Part shown: one piece after another, positions 43,326 through 52,192 of the stretch | Layout of the letters: each line of letters starts with the position of its first letter | Position numbering within the stretch: the stretch's first letter is position 1 | Virus record (IMG/VR): IMGVR_UViG_3300036783_000170 | Location: 1-64,000 of that record | Reading direction: 5' to 3' (one strand) | From: a virus | Taxonomy: Duplodnaviria; Caudoviricetes | Length of the DNA stretch: 64,000 nt | Program-made: the position numbers and the translations under genes | The notes under the pieces: generated by a model | Told to the model about the DNA's origin: nothing | Databases searched by the model: none | The model's input: the letters and a program-made list of their open reading frames with translations, nothing else

Positions 43326-44817
43326 ATGGCACTCATCGGACTCGTACTCGTCATCGTGGCGGGGATCCTGGTCGTCGTCCACATCGCGCTCGGCTCCCGG
43401 GGGAACGCGTGGGCGGGCAGCGGGTACCTACTCCCGGTAGCCCTGCTCCTCGTGATCGCCGCCCTGGCCTTCTTCGGGGTCCAGCCACTCGTTAAGGGCT
43501 GAGCGATCAGCCGCGCAGCAACCAGCACGAGATGGGCGGCCCGTCATGGTCGATAGCGCACCATCCATGCACGAGATCAGCCGCCGGCTCGACGAGGTCG
43601 TGACGCGGCTGGAGTCGCTGTCCGGGCACCTGGAGAAGACGTACGTACGGCTCGACCTATTCCAGGCCACCCGGCAGCTCTCCGACACCGAGCGGCAGCA
43701 GATGGACGTGCGGCTGTCGAAGCTGGAGTCGAGGCAGGAGTGGCTGGTCCGCACGGTAGGCGGGATCATCATCGCAGCGGTCCTCGGGGCCGTCATCGCG
43801 ACGACGAAGCTCACCGGCGGGGGATGACGACTGTGCTGAGGCGAGCGACGGCCGCCGCAGGCAAGGGCGTGGCCAAGGTCTTCGACCGGAAGACGCTGGT
43901 CGTCCTCATCGTGCTCGCCATCAGCCTCTCGGTCCTGTTCGCGGTGGTCGACAGCGTCCGGTCCCGTCGGGACGCGGAGCGGCACTCGATCGCCGTCGAC
44001 GCGCACTCGGCCGCCGTCGACGCCCAGAACCAGCAGCTCATCAAGCAGGCGGCGGCGGCGGCCGCCGAGGCCCGCAGGAACACCCAGCAGCTGGCCCAGC
44101 TACAGGCCCAGCTCGCGGAGCAGAACCGCCAGCTGGCGGCCCTGAGGCAGCAGCTGCTGGACTCGGGCATCTCCCCGACCAGTACGACGCCTACGACTCC
44201 CTCGGGACCGTCAGCGACCGGCTCAGGGGCGGGGTCGCGCACCTCCGGCGGCCCTACCCCCGTGAGCCCGAAGCCGACCCCGTCGAGGCCCGTGGTGAAG
44301 CCCCCAGTCCCGCCCCCGCCCGCCCACGGACCAGGTGGGATCGTGGGGGTCGTCTGCAGCGTCCCCCTGGTCAACGACCTGCTGTGCTGAGGAGATCATG
44401 ATGGACGAAGAGGGGCACTCGCCGCAGACCATCGACGAGCTGCGCACGGTCGTGGCCGGCCTGACGAGCGTGGTCAAGGACCTGCAGGTGACGGTGAAGG
44501 ACCAGGTCCCGGTGACGACGAGGCGTCGGACGATCGGGTGGATCATCCTGCTGGTCCTGGTCGCGGCGATCGGCGGCCTGCTGATCACCCAGCGGATGGA
44601 CACGGCCTTCCAGCAGAAGGCCAACATCGCCGCCTGCGAGGCAGAGAACGACCAGCTCCGCTCGGCGCGCTCCCTCTACCAGGGGTTGATCGTGGCGGAG
44701 CAGCAGATCCCGTCGACCTCCGGGACGAACATCTCGATCAAGCAGGCCAGGATCTCCGCGTACATGACGGCCATCAACGCCATCAAGATCACTGACTGCC
44801 AGCGGCAGTACGGGTAG
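43326..44817 (+). CDS. four membrane proteins (43326-43502 two-TM, 43546-43827 coiled-coil+TM, 43824-44390, 44398-44817); possible lysis/holin cassette
   Basis: Each has a clear TM helix; coiled-coils; under a late-type promoter. Confidence 0.6.
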
Positions 44818-44826
44818 CCTACTGAC

Positions 44827-45033
44827 ATGCGGTGGACGATCGAGCCGGACGGCGACGACCTGATGCTGATCGAGGGCCGCCGTGCGCGGCTCTGGGGCGC
44901 GACCGAGGACGAGGTCAAGAGGTACCTGCGCAAGCACATGACCTCTGGCGACGAGGTCCGCCGGGTCGAGCCCGACGGGTCGATCACGACGACTCGTGAC
45001 GCTCCCCTGGGCCGCCGGCACTGGCGCAGCTAG
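44827..45033 (+). CDS. hypothetical protein
   Basis: 68-aa ORF before the protease. Confidence 0.55.
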   Translation: MRWTIEPDGDDLMLIEGRRARLWGATEDEVKRYLRKHMTSGDEVRRVEPDGSITTTRDAPLGRRHWRS

Positions 45034-45036
45034 CTC

Positions 45037-45066
45037 CTGCCGCCACGTATCCGAGCCCGAGGAATG
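45037..45066 (+). promoter_or_regulatory. putative late promoter CTGCCG-N18-GGAATG
   Basis: Directly upstream of the protease gene. Confidence 0.55.
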
Positions 45067-47298
45067 GGTAAGGACACGGAGGTGGGCGGGATGCTGCGTA
45101 AGTTCGCGACCGCGATGGTGCTCGATAAGTTCGTGGTGCCAGCGGACGCCGGGGCCGAGGCCATGCGGCGGATCGCGCACCGGCACGAGTTCCAGTACGA
45201 CGTGAGGCCGGGCTACCTCTATGTCCGTTCTCGTATGATTAGTTCCAGATGTAACGACAACTACGACGAGTTCCCCGCAGAAGAGATCAAGAAGGCGTAC
45301 CGGACCTTCGTCGGCAAGCCCGTCTTCGTCAACCACAACAACGAGGACCACCGGCGCGCCCGGGGCGTGATCATCGACGCCGCCCTGCACGACGACCGGA
45401 ACCCCGACGGCACCCCCGACCTGTGGGTCGAGGGGCTGATGGAGATCGACGCCGTCCGGTTCCCGATGCTGGCCAAGGCCATCGTCGCCGGCCACGTGGA
45501 CCGCACCTCGATGGGCACCGACGTGGCGTTCTCCGTCTGCTCGATCTGCAACAACAAGGCCACCACGCCGCTGGAGTACTGCCGGCACATCCCCGCGCAG
45601 AAGGGGCGCCGGATCTTCCGCGCCAACCCGAAGACCGGCAAGAGGGTCGGCGTGCTGGTCCGGGAGACCTGCTACGGGCTCTCATTCTTCGAGAACAGCC
45701 TGCTGGTCGAGCCCCCGGCGGACCCGACGGCGTTCTTCACGGGCGTCGACGCGCGCGGGCTGAGCGCCCACGCCGCCCGGCACCCGGAGGCGCCGAAGGG
45801 CAAGCCGACCCCTAAGCGTCAGACCCCCGCCGCGCGCCGGCAGGAGGGCGAGCGGCTCGCGTCCCTGCGCGCCGTCGTCGCCGAGGGCGAGGAGGCTGGG
45901 CCGCCGCCGAACCACCGGCCGCAGGGCGACCCCGTGGTCCGCGAGGAGGCCGCCTGCGCGACCTGCGGCGGCGCGATCTTCCACTCAAAGAACGGCGACG
46001 TGTGGATCCACTCCGAGCAGACCGGCGGCGGGATGCCGCACCAGGCCAACCCCGGCGAGGAGGGGTACGACGGCGCCAGCGGCCAGATGGTCCCGCAGAA
46101 CAAGGCGTACGAGAGCCACTCGACCAGCAAGGAGTCGCACCTCTCCGACGGCGCGCACAGCGAGAAGGAGATGGACGACTACAACCGTGGCCGCCGGGTG
46201 GACCTGGAGGACCCGATCGACCTCAAGAGCCACCTGATGGAGACCCACGGCTGGGCTCCGGAGGACTTCCACCAGCACGCCATGGACCGCCACCACCCGG
46301 CGCTCGGGGACACCGACGGCGCGAGCCGGCCGTACACCAGCACCGAGGTCCAGCACATCCACGCGTTCGAGCACACCCCGGCCGGCGGCGGCCACGACTT
46401 CCCGGACGCCCGGGTGGAGGACGGCATGCACAGGCACGCGTCGCTGGTGGCCGAGGCCAAGCCGAAGTACGAGGACCCGGGCGAGCACCCGGCGATGAAG
46501 GCGCTCGGCCTGCACCCCGGCAACGTCGTCGGCCACTGGGACATGGCCACCGACGAGGAGAAGGGCCAGGGCAAGAACTGGTACGAGGACGCCCACCACA
46601 TCGCCAAGGCGATCGCGGGCGGCGACGCGCACAAGGGCGCGGGGGTGCTGGCCGCGTACTCCCCGCAGACCGCGTGGCCGGCGAACATGTTCAACGCGTC
46701 CCGGTCGTTCCGGGAGGGCAAGGCGATCGGCGGCAAGGGCTCCGGCGTGATGGCTTCTGGCCAGATGCGCGACGCCGCGCAGCGGATCATGAACGGCGAG
46801 CGGCACGAGGACGTATTCAAGGGCAACAAGATCAGCGACTTCGCGCACCTGATCGAGCACGGCGGCAACAAGGACGACAACGACCCGAAGGTCGTCGTCG
46901 ACCGACACGCGCTGTCGGTGGCCGCTGGCCGTCGGCTCCCGGAGACCGAGACGGGCCCCGCGCAGGCTGCGATCGCGAACCGCCACTACTACCAGCACGC
47001 GGTGGACACCTACCACCAGGCCGCGAAGCACATCAACGAGCGCGACGGCCGCACGGGCGAGGACCAGGTGAAGCCGCACGAGGTGCAGGCCGTCACCTGG
47101 CTGGCCCGGCAGCGGATGAACCAGAAGGAGGACCGCGACTCCGGTACCGCGATGGGCAAGGGCCGCGCGAGCGGCTTCGAGAAGGCGCACCAGCAGTGGC
47201 TGGAGCATGCCCGGAACCACTACGACGGGTTGGAAGGCAACATGCACATGGCCCTGCTGCGCGCGCCCAAGGAGTCCCAAAGGCGCACAGGTGCCTAG
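45064..47298 (+). CDS. capsid maturation protease fused to His/Cys-rich linker and C-terminal enzyme-like domain
   Basis: N-term RSRMISSRCNDNYDEFP.EEI..AY.TFVGKPVFVNH.N...ARGVI.D...TSMGTDV..SVCSIC.N...ETCYGL.FFENS.LVEPPADPTA (prohead protease-like); start may be ATG 45091. Confidence 0.78.
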   Translation: MGKDTEVGGMLRKFATAMVLDKFVVPADAGAEAMRRIAHRHEFQYDVRPGYLYVRSRMISSRCNDNYDEFPAEEIKKAYRTFVGKPVFVNHNNEDHRRARGVIIDAALHDDRNPDGTPDLWVEGLMEIDAVRFPMLAKAIVAGHVDRTSMGTDVAFSVCSICNNKATTPLEYCRHIPAQKGRRIFRANPKTGKRVGVLVRETCYGLSFFENSLLVEPPADPTAFFTGVDARGLSAHAARHPEAPKGKPTPKRQTPAARRQEGERLASLRAVVAEGEEAGPPPNHRPQGDPVVREEAACATCGGAIFHSKNGDVWIHSEQTGGGMPHQANPGEEGYDGASGQMVPQNKAYESHSTSKESHLSDGAHSEKEMDDYNRGRRVDLEDPIDLKSHLMETHGWAPEDFHQHAMDRHHPALGDTDGASRPYTSTEVQHIHAFEHTPAGGGHDFPDARVEDGMHRHASLVAEAKPKYEDPGEHPAMKALGLHPGNVVGHWDMATDEEKGQGKNWYEDAHHIAKAIAGGDAHKGAGVLAAYSPQTAWPANMFNASRSFREGKAIGGKGSGVMASGQMRDAAQRIMNGERHEDVFKGNKISDFAHLIEHGGNKDDNDPKVVVDRHALSVAAGRRLPETETGPAQAAIANRHYYQHAVDTYHQAAKHINERDGRTGEDQVKPHEVQAVTWLARQRMNQKEDRDSGTAMGKGRASGFEKAHQQWLEHARNHYDGLEGNMHMALLRAPKESQRRTGA

Positions 47299-48373
47299 GC
47301 TCGCGTACGGGGAGACGGTAGCGCCGGAGCAGGTCGACACGCTCCGGGACGAGGAGTGCCCGATCTGCGGCACCACCGACGCCTTCGACGGCGACCGGTG
47401 CCAGGAGTGCGGGTTCGTGCTGCCGCCGTCGTTCGTTCGCGACCCGGACCTAGAGCTGGCCAAGCAGCTGGACCTCCGAGGCAAGGACTCGGAGCCGCCG
47501 ACGCTCACCCCGGAGGAGGCCGGCCCCGGCGGGCCCACCCCCGGGCCGGTGCCGCTGGACCCGGGCCAGATCGCGGAGGACGGCTCCGTGCCCAGCGAGG
47601 AGCAGGACACCGTCGACCCCGACGAGGTCCCCGAGGACACCGACGAGGACGAGGCCGCCGAGGACGGCGTCGCGGAGCTGCCGCCCGACGAGCAGCCCGC
47701 TGTCGACCCGGCGGCGGCCGAGGGGCACGTGCAGCAGGGCGGCGAGTCGTTCACCGAGGGGCCGAACGACCCCGAGAGGCCCGAGCAGCCCGTCGACCCG
47801 CAGGACCTCGACGAGGACGGCGAGCTGACCGAAGAGCCCCAAGAGGCCGCTGAGGAGCCCCAAGAGGGCGCTGAGGAACCCCCGGAGAGCTCGGAGGCCC
47901 CCGATGAGGTACCGGGAGCGGGTGTGGGCCCGGAGGACGACTCCGGGGTCGTGGAGGGTGACGTGGAGACCCTGGGCGAGGAGGAGCCCCAGCAGGCGAC
48001 CACCGTCGGCGAGCCACCGCCCCCAGGGACGCCCGGGGACGAGACCCCCGACCTGGTGTGCCCGGCGTGCGGCTACACCGCGCCGGCAGCCCGACCGACG
48101 AGCACGAGCATGGACGACCCGTCGAGCCCGGACGCCGACGGTGACGGGCTGCTGGCCGGCGACGCGTGCCCGCAGTGCGGGATGGCCACGGTGATGCCGA
48201 TCAGCGACCTGGAGGAGATGGACGCCGAGGCGCCCGTCGAGGAGGGGGTCGAGCCTGAGGACGACGCTGAGGGGGCGCCAGAGGAAGAGGGCGAGGCTCC
48301 CGAGGAGGACGAGGAAGTACCAGAAGAGGACGACCAGGACGGCGACGAGGAGAAGAAGCCGCCGTTCGAGTAG
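47291..48373 (+). CDS. highly acidic Zn-ribbon protein (scaffold/internal-protein-like)
   Basis: GTG 47291 overlaps the protease stop; VDTLRDEECPICG...CQECG and CPACG...CPQCG; very E/D-rich. Confidence 0.7.
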   Translation: MPRLAYGETVAPEQVDTLRDEECPICGTTDAFDGDRCQECGFVLPPSFVRDPDLELAKQLDLRGKDSEPPTLTPEEAGPGGPTPGPVPLDPGQIAEDGSVPSEEQDTVDPDEVPEDTDEDEAAEDGVAELPPDEQPAVDPAAAEGHVQQGGESFTEGPNDPERPEQPVDPQDLDEDGELTEEPQEAAEEPQEGAEEPPESSEAPDEVPGAGVGPEDDSGVVEGDVETLGEEEPQQATTVGEPPPPGTPGDETPDLVCPACGYTAPAARPTSTSMDDPSSPDADGDGLLAGDACPQCGMATVMPISDLEEMDAEAPVEEGVEPEDDAEGAPEEEGEAPEEDEEVPEEDDQDGDEEKKPPFE

Positions 48374-48418
48374 GAGCAGGTCGGGGCGGGTACCCGCGAC
48401 CTGACGAGAGGAGCCATC

Positions 48419-48502
48419 ATGCGCGGAGGTTACTGGGGCGGCGGCCTGGTCGGCCTGGTCCTGCTCATCATCCTGGTCGTGATCCTGGTGCGGCTCGTCT
48501 AG
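48419..48502 (+). CDS. 27-aa single-TM peptide, DUF3309-like
   Basis: MRGGYWGGGLVGLVLLIILVVILVRLV*; RBS GAGGAG; below the ORF-track cutoff. Confidence 0.6.
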   Translation: MRGGYWGGGLVGLVLLIILVVILVRLV

Positions 48503-48519
48503 TAGATCATATGATGTAG

Positions 48520-48550
48520 GGGCGCCAGGGTGCTGCGGTCCTGGCGCCCC
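48520..48550 (+). terminator. hairpin terminator
   Basis: GGGCGCCAGG...CCTGGCGCCC inverted repeat. Confidence 0.55.
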
Positions 48551-48553
48551 TCC

Positions 48554-48588
48554 CTGTCCTGTCCTGCCTCTCGGCCACGGAATGTGAG
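48554..48588 (+). promoter_or_regulatory. putative late promoter CTGTCC-N19-GGAATGTGAG
   Basis: Upstream of the scaffold-like gene. Confidence 0.6.
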
Positions 48589-48635
48589 AGAGCCGCCGTC
48601 GGCGACTCAGCCAGGTCGAAGGACAGGAGTAAGCC

Positions 48636-49559
48636 GTGGCTAAGGCAAGCGCAGGGACGCGCCCGGTGATCGCCGCCGTGCAGGGCCAGCAGAAGAACCT
48701 CCAGACGCTCAAGGGCGTCGTGGTCGCGCAGTCCCACGAGATCGAGAAGCTGAAGCTCAAGCTGGCGTACGTGGCCCGGCTGGCCGGCGTCTCGGACGAG
48801 ATGGACGCCATCGAGAAGCGCGCCAACCAGATCAAGCGGGCCGACGTGGCGAACCCCGGCCAGCCGGTCCCCGACCCCGCCTCCCAGGGCCCGACCGAGA
48901 GCACCGAGCAGGCCGTCACCCCCGAGACCTACGACGACCCGCGCCGGCCCGGTCAGACCCCGGGCTCCGTGCAGGACCTGCCGGCGGACGCCACTGACCT
49001 GGCCCTGAACCCGGGCGAGACCCTGCCGACCTCCCCGTACGGCGACATGGTGGACGTGACCGCGCCGGTGGCCGGCACCGAGACCCACGTCCCGAACGAG
49101 CAGACCCGGATCGAGACCGACGTGCGGGTCGGCGACCCGATGAGCATGGACACCGCGTTCCCCTGGGTCACCAGCCCGAACCAGTCCAACGGCCAGCCCC
49201 CGGCGTCCGGCGAGATGGGCCAGGGCAAGGCGGCGTCGGTGTCCTCTGAAGACCTGGCGCGGGTGCGGACGTTCGCGTCCATCACACTCGCCCGGCTGCG
49301 CATCCAGGCCGGCATCGCCCAGGGCGACGACCTGTCGGTGGCCGGCTCGATCGAGCAGTCCGAGCTGACCGACGGGGCGATCGACCACGAGATCAAGACG
49401 CTGTCCAAGGTGCAGAAGGCCGCAGCGCAGCGGCCACGGCCGGCCGGGCTCGTCCCGCGATCGGCCAGCGCCCAGCGGACCACCCCGTCGCTGGCGGGCG
49501 GGGCGACCCCGTTCGCGCAGCCGGCCGTGAGCCAGCTGGTGGAGGACTCCTTCCTGTAG
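48636..49559 (+). CDS. scaffolding-like head protein
   Basis: N-terminal coiled-coil; position immediately upstream of decoration and capsid genes. Confidence 0.6.
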   Translation: MAKASAGTRPVIAAVQGQQKNLQTLKGVVVAQSHEIEKLKLKLAYVARLAGVSDEMDAIEKRANQIKRADVANPGQPVPDPASQGPTESTEQAVTPETYDDPRRPGQTPGSVQDLPADATDLALNPGETLPTSPYGDMVDVTAPVAGTETHVPNEQTRIETDVRVGDPMSMDTAFPWVTSPNQSNGQPPASGEMGQGKAASVSSEDLARVRTFASITLARLRIQAGIAQGDDLSVAGSIEQSELTDGAIDHEIKTLSKVQKAAAQRPRPAGLVPRSASAQRTTPSLAGGATPFAQPAVSQLVEDSFL

Positions 49560-49569
49560 GCCCTCCGCA

Positions 49570-49604
49570 GAGACCCCGCCACCCCTCGTGGGCGACGGGG
49601 TCTC
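49570..49604 (+). terminator. hairpin
   Basis: GAGACCCCG...CGGGGTCTC inverted repeat. Confidence 0.55.
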
Positions 49605-49607
49605 GTC

Positions 49608-49639
49608 CTGTCCGAGGGCGGTCGAGCGCGGAGAAGGTG
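49608..49639 (+). promoter_or_regulatory. putative late promoter CTGTCC-N18-AGAAGGTG
   Basis: Upstream of the decoration/capsid genes. Confidence 0.55.
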
Positions 49640-49709
49640 CAGGAGGAAGGGCTCGACGGAAGGTCCGGAGGGTCGACACGGCTCCCAGACAAAAGGAGGG
49701 CTGCATCTC

Positions 49710-50213
49710 ATGCTTCGAGTGCGAGACGCCAGCAAGTCCTATCTCAAGCGCACGCTCCGGGAGCTGTACGGCTTCCACCAGGCGACCCCGAAGAGCGTGT
49801 TCCTCGACGCCGCGTGGGACCGGTCGGTAGCCATCTGGCCCGGCATGGTCATGTCGCGCACGTCCGGCGAGAACGTCACCCTGTACGGCGCCAGCCCGCT
49901 GAACGTGGCGTACGGCCTGTGCGGGATGTACATCGGCGGCGACGGCATCGACGAGCTGCTCAACGCCGGCCTGAACGTGATGGCGGTCTGGGTACTGAAC
50001 CGGGACGCGGAGTTCGAGGTCCTCGCGCCGGCCTTCGACACCACGGCCACCTACACCGACCCGGGCGACGGCACTGAGGTGCTCCTCACGGCGGCCGTCA
50101 GCGGCGCGACCCGAGGCAAGCTCACCACCACCGGGGCCAACTCCGGCAACGCGATCGCGCGGCTGCTGAAGGTCAACTCGGCGACCAAGATCACCATCGG
50201 CGGACTCCGCTAA
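49710..50213 (+). CDS. capsid decoration/head protein (Bxz1-like)
   Basis: KRTLR.LYG.HQATPK.VFLD...I.PGMVM...G.DGIDE...VWVL..DAEFEVLAPAFD; directly before the capsid gene. Confidence 0.7.
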   Translation: MLRVRDASKSYLKRTLRELYGFHQATPKSVFLDAAWDRSVAIWPGMVMSRTSGENVTLYGASPLNVAYGLCGMYIGGDGIDELLNAGLNVMAVWVLNRDAEFEVLAPAFDTTATYTDPGDGTEVLLTAAVSGATRGKLTTTGANSGNAIARLLKVNSATKITIGGLR

Positions 50214-50241
50214 GACCGCTGCGAGAGGAGAGGTAACCAGC

Positions 50242-51222
50242 ATGAGCACTGCGCTCGCCCCCAGCGGCCTGTACGGCAAGGTCGCCATCAAGAGCGACGA
50301 CTACGTCGCCGCACTGGAGCGGAAGCGGGCCTCGGGCCCGCTGGACCACACCCAGAAGGTCCGTCGCCTGGCGATGGTCCTCTCCGACCAGGTCGACGGT
50401 ATCCGCCGGCTCGGCGTCGGCATGGTCGGCCCGATCCAGCTGAAGCTGCGCTACCAGGGCATCACCCGCAACGTGCTGGTCGAGGACCCGGTCACCCCGG
50501 GCACCCCGGTCCAGTACGACGTGTGGGACGACCTGGGCCAGGCGTACCTCATGTCCAGCACCGACGGCGAGGTCCGCGTGACCCCGTTCGAGGGCAAGCG
50601 CGTGGACGTGAACTTCTTCCGGATCGCCTCGCAGCCCACGATCCGCAAGGAGGACCTGTACTACCTCCGGATCAACGCGGTGGAGCAGGTCCAGGACGAG
50701 ACCAAGCAGTCGATCCTCAAGCAGGAGGACAACCGGCTGCTGCAGATCCTGCAGGCCGCGATCACCGACTACGCCAGCCGGCCGGACCACGTGGTCACCC
50801 CGAACCACACGATCACCGAGGCGTCGGGCTACCTGACCCCCGGCTCGCTGTACTCGGCGGTCGCGATGACGGACCTGCACGAGCTGCAGTCGGCGCGGAT
50901 CCTGATCAACCCGTTCGACTTCCGGGACATGTACCGCTGGGATATCAACCAGACCGGCTGGGCCTTCAAGGACCGGGTCGTCGCGGGTGAGACCATCACC
51001 AGCTTCGGCGAGTTCCAGATCCAGCGGTCGATCATCGTCCCGCAGAACAAGATCTTCTTGACCCCGGAGCCGAACTTCCTCGGTGTCTTCCCGGTCCTGT
51101 ACTCCCTGGACGTGGAGGAGAACCACCAGGTCGCCAGCTTCATGAAGGGCTGGGTCTTCGATGAGATGGTCAATATGACCGTTTTGAACCCCAGGGGCCT
51201 GGCAGTGATTAACAAGGTTTAG
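50242..51222 (+). CDS. major capsid protein (Bxz1/E3-like)
   Basis: 326 aa; LGVGMVGPIQLKLRYQGI.RNVL.ED, EGKR..V.FFRIAS.P.I.KEDLY.LR, GWVFDEMV.M.VLNPRG. Confidence 0.85.
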   Translation: MSTALAPSGLYGKVAIKSDDYVAALERKRASGPLDHTQKVRRLAMVLSDQVDGIRRLGVGMVGPIQLKLRYQGITRNVLVEDPVTPGTPVQYDVWDDLGQAYLMSSTDGEVRVTPFEGKRVDVNFFRIASQPTIRKEDLYYLRINAVEQVQDETKQSILKQEDNRLLQILQAAITDYASRPDHVVTPNHTITEASGYLTPGSLYSAVAMTDLHELQSARILINPFDFRDMYRWDINQTGWAFKDRVVAGETITSFGEFQIQRSIIVPQNKIFLTPEPNFLGVFPVLYSLDVEENHQVASFMKGWVFDEMVNMTVLNPRGLAVINKV

Positions 51223-51251
51223 GGTTTGGGGGTAAAAACCCATCTCTTTAC

Positions 51252-51315
51252 TAGACATTGATAAGGGCCTCCACTAAACTCTGATCTAACCGTCAGAGAG
51301 AAGTGGAGGCCCTTA
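51252..51315 (+). promoter_or_regulatory. sigma70-type promoter inside an RBS-sequestering 14-bp hairpin
   Basis: TAGACA(51252)-N17-TAAACT(51275); TAAGGGCCTCCACT (51262-51275) pairs with AGTGGAGGCCCTTA (51302-51315), which contains GGAGG. Confidence 0.75.
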
Positions 51316-51318
51316 CTC

Positions 51319-52098
51319 ATGGGCAGACCTGCTGGACCACGCGCGACTCGTCAGTGCGAAGCATGTGACGCAAAGTTTGAGGTAGTTCCCTCCTCGAAGC
51401 AGCGCTTCTGCGGAAAGTTGTGCTCAAACAAGGCGACAGCGCAACAGCGTGGCGCCAATCGGCGTGCGGAAGCTCGCTATAAGCCCCCAGTCTGTCCCTG
51501 CGGAACAGAGATCAAGCCTCCGCCTGGGATGAAGTACGTCTACGAGAACAGCAAGAAGTACTGCTCGAAGGAGTGTCGCCAGCAGTACGGTCGGCCGACG
51601 AACGTGAAAAATCCGGCAAACCATATCACCTTTACGTGTCAGAACTGCGGCAAGGAGAAGACGCGTCCGAAGGGCTACGGGGCCAACAAGTACTGCTCGA
51701 ACGACTGCGCCAAGCGACACACCAAGGTCCGCCGGCACGTCGTCGTCCGCGAGGGCGACATCGTGATGGATTCCAGCTGGGAGGCCCTCGTCTGGGGACT
51801 CTGCAGGTTCCGCAAGCTACCGATCGACCGCTTCGACCGGGAGAACGGCGTGGAGTGGCGCGAGGGCCAGTGGTACGCGCCGGACTTCATCTTGCCGACG
51901 GCCGGCATCGCGCTGGAGGTCAAGGGCCAGCAGGACTCCGAGGACCACCTGAAGTGGGCGGCGTACCGCGAGCAGCACGGGCTGCTGGCCGTCCTCGGAG
52001 AGGTCGAGCTGGACGCCCTGAGGCTGGCTGCCGGTAGCTCCGTATCGCTCCTGGCTCGTCTCCGGGAGATCGCGACCCAGCCCGTCACGGGAGGTTGA
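51319..52098 (+). CDS. putative homing endonuclease: CxxC Zn-finger repeats plus PD-(D/E)xK nuclease domain
   Basis: CEAC...FCGKLC, CPCG...YCSKEC, CQNCG...YCSNDC, then DSSWE...YAPDF.LP...LEVKG. Confidence 0.75.
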   Translation: MGRPAGPRATRQCEACDAKFEVVPSSKQRFCGKLCSNKATAQQRGANRRAEARYKPPVCPCGTEIKPPPGMKYVYENSKKYCSKECRQQYGRPTNVKNPANHITFTCQNCGKEKTRPKGYGANKYCSNDCAKRHTKVRRHVVVREGDIVMDSSWEALVWGLCRFRKLPIDRFDRENGVEWREGQWYAPDFILPTAGIALEVKGQQDSEDHLKWAAYREQHGLLAVLGEVELDALRLAAGSSVSLLARLREIATQPVTGG

Positions 52099-52192
52099 AC
52101 GACACGCCCGTTCGCTCGACTCTCGGCGCACCCCCTTGAGCCCCTCTCGATCGTCTGTACGCTGTCTGCATCCGATCTGTAGGAGGGCACCC

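Noticed and set aside
47270-47298. Possible frameshift fusing the protease to the acidic Zn-ribbon ORF at TCCCAAAGG
   Set aside because: It would need a +1 shift and no canonical shift site is in frame. GTG 47291 has an AAAGG SD 7 nt upstream and overlaps the stop, so a separate gene is simpler. A sequencing indel cannot be excluded.
51218-51240. Telomere-like TTTAGGGTTTGGGGG tract
   Set aside because: Only a single short G/T-rich patch in an AT-richer intergenic region, not a tandem repeat.
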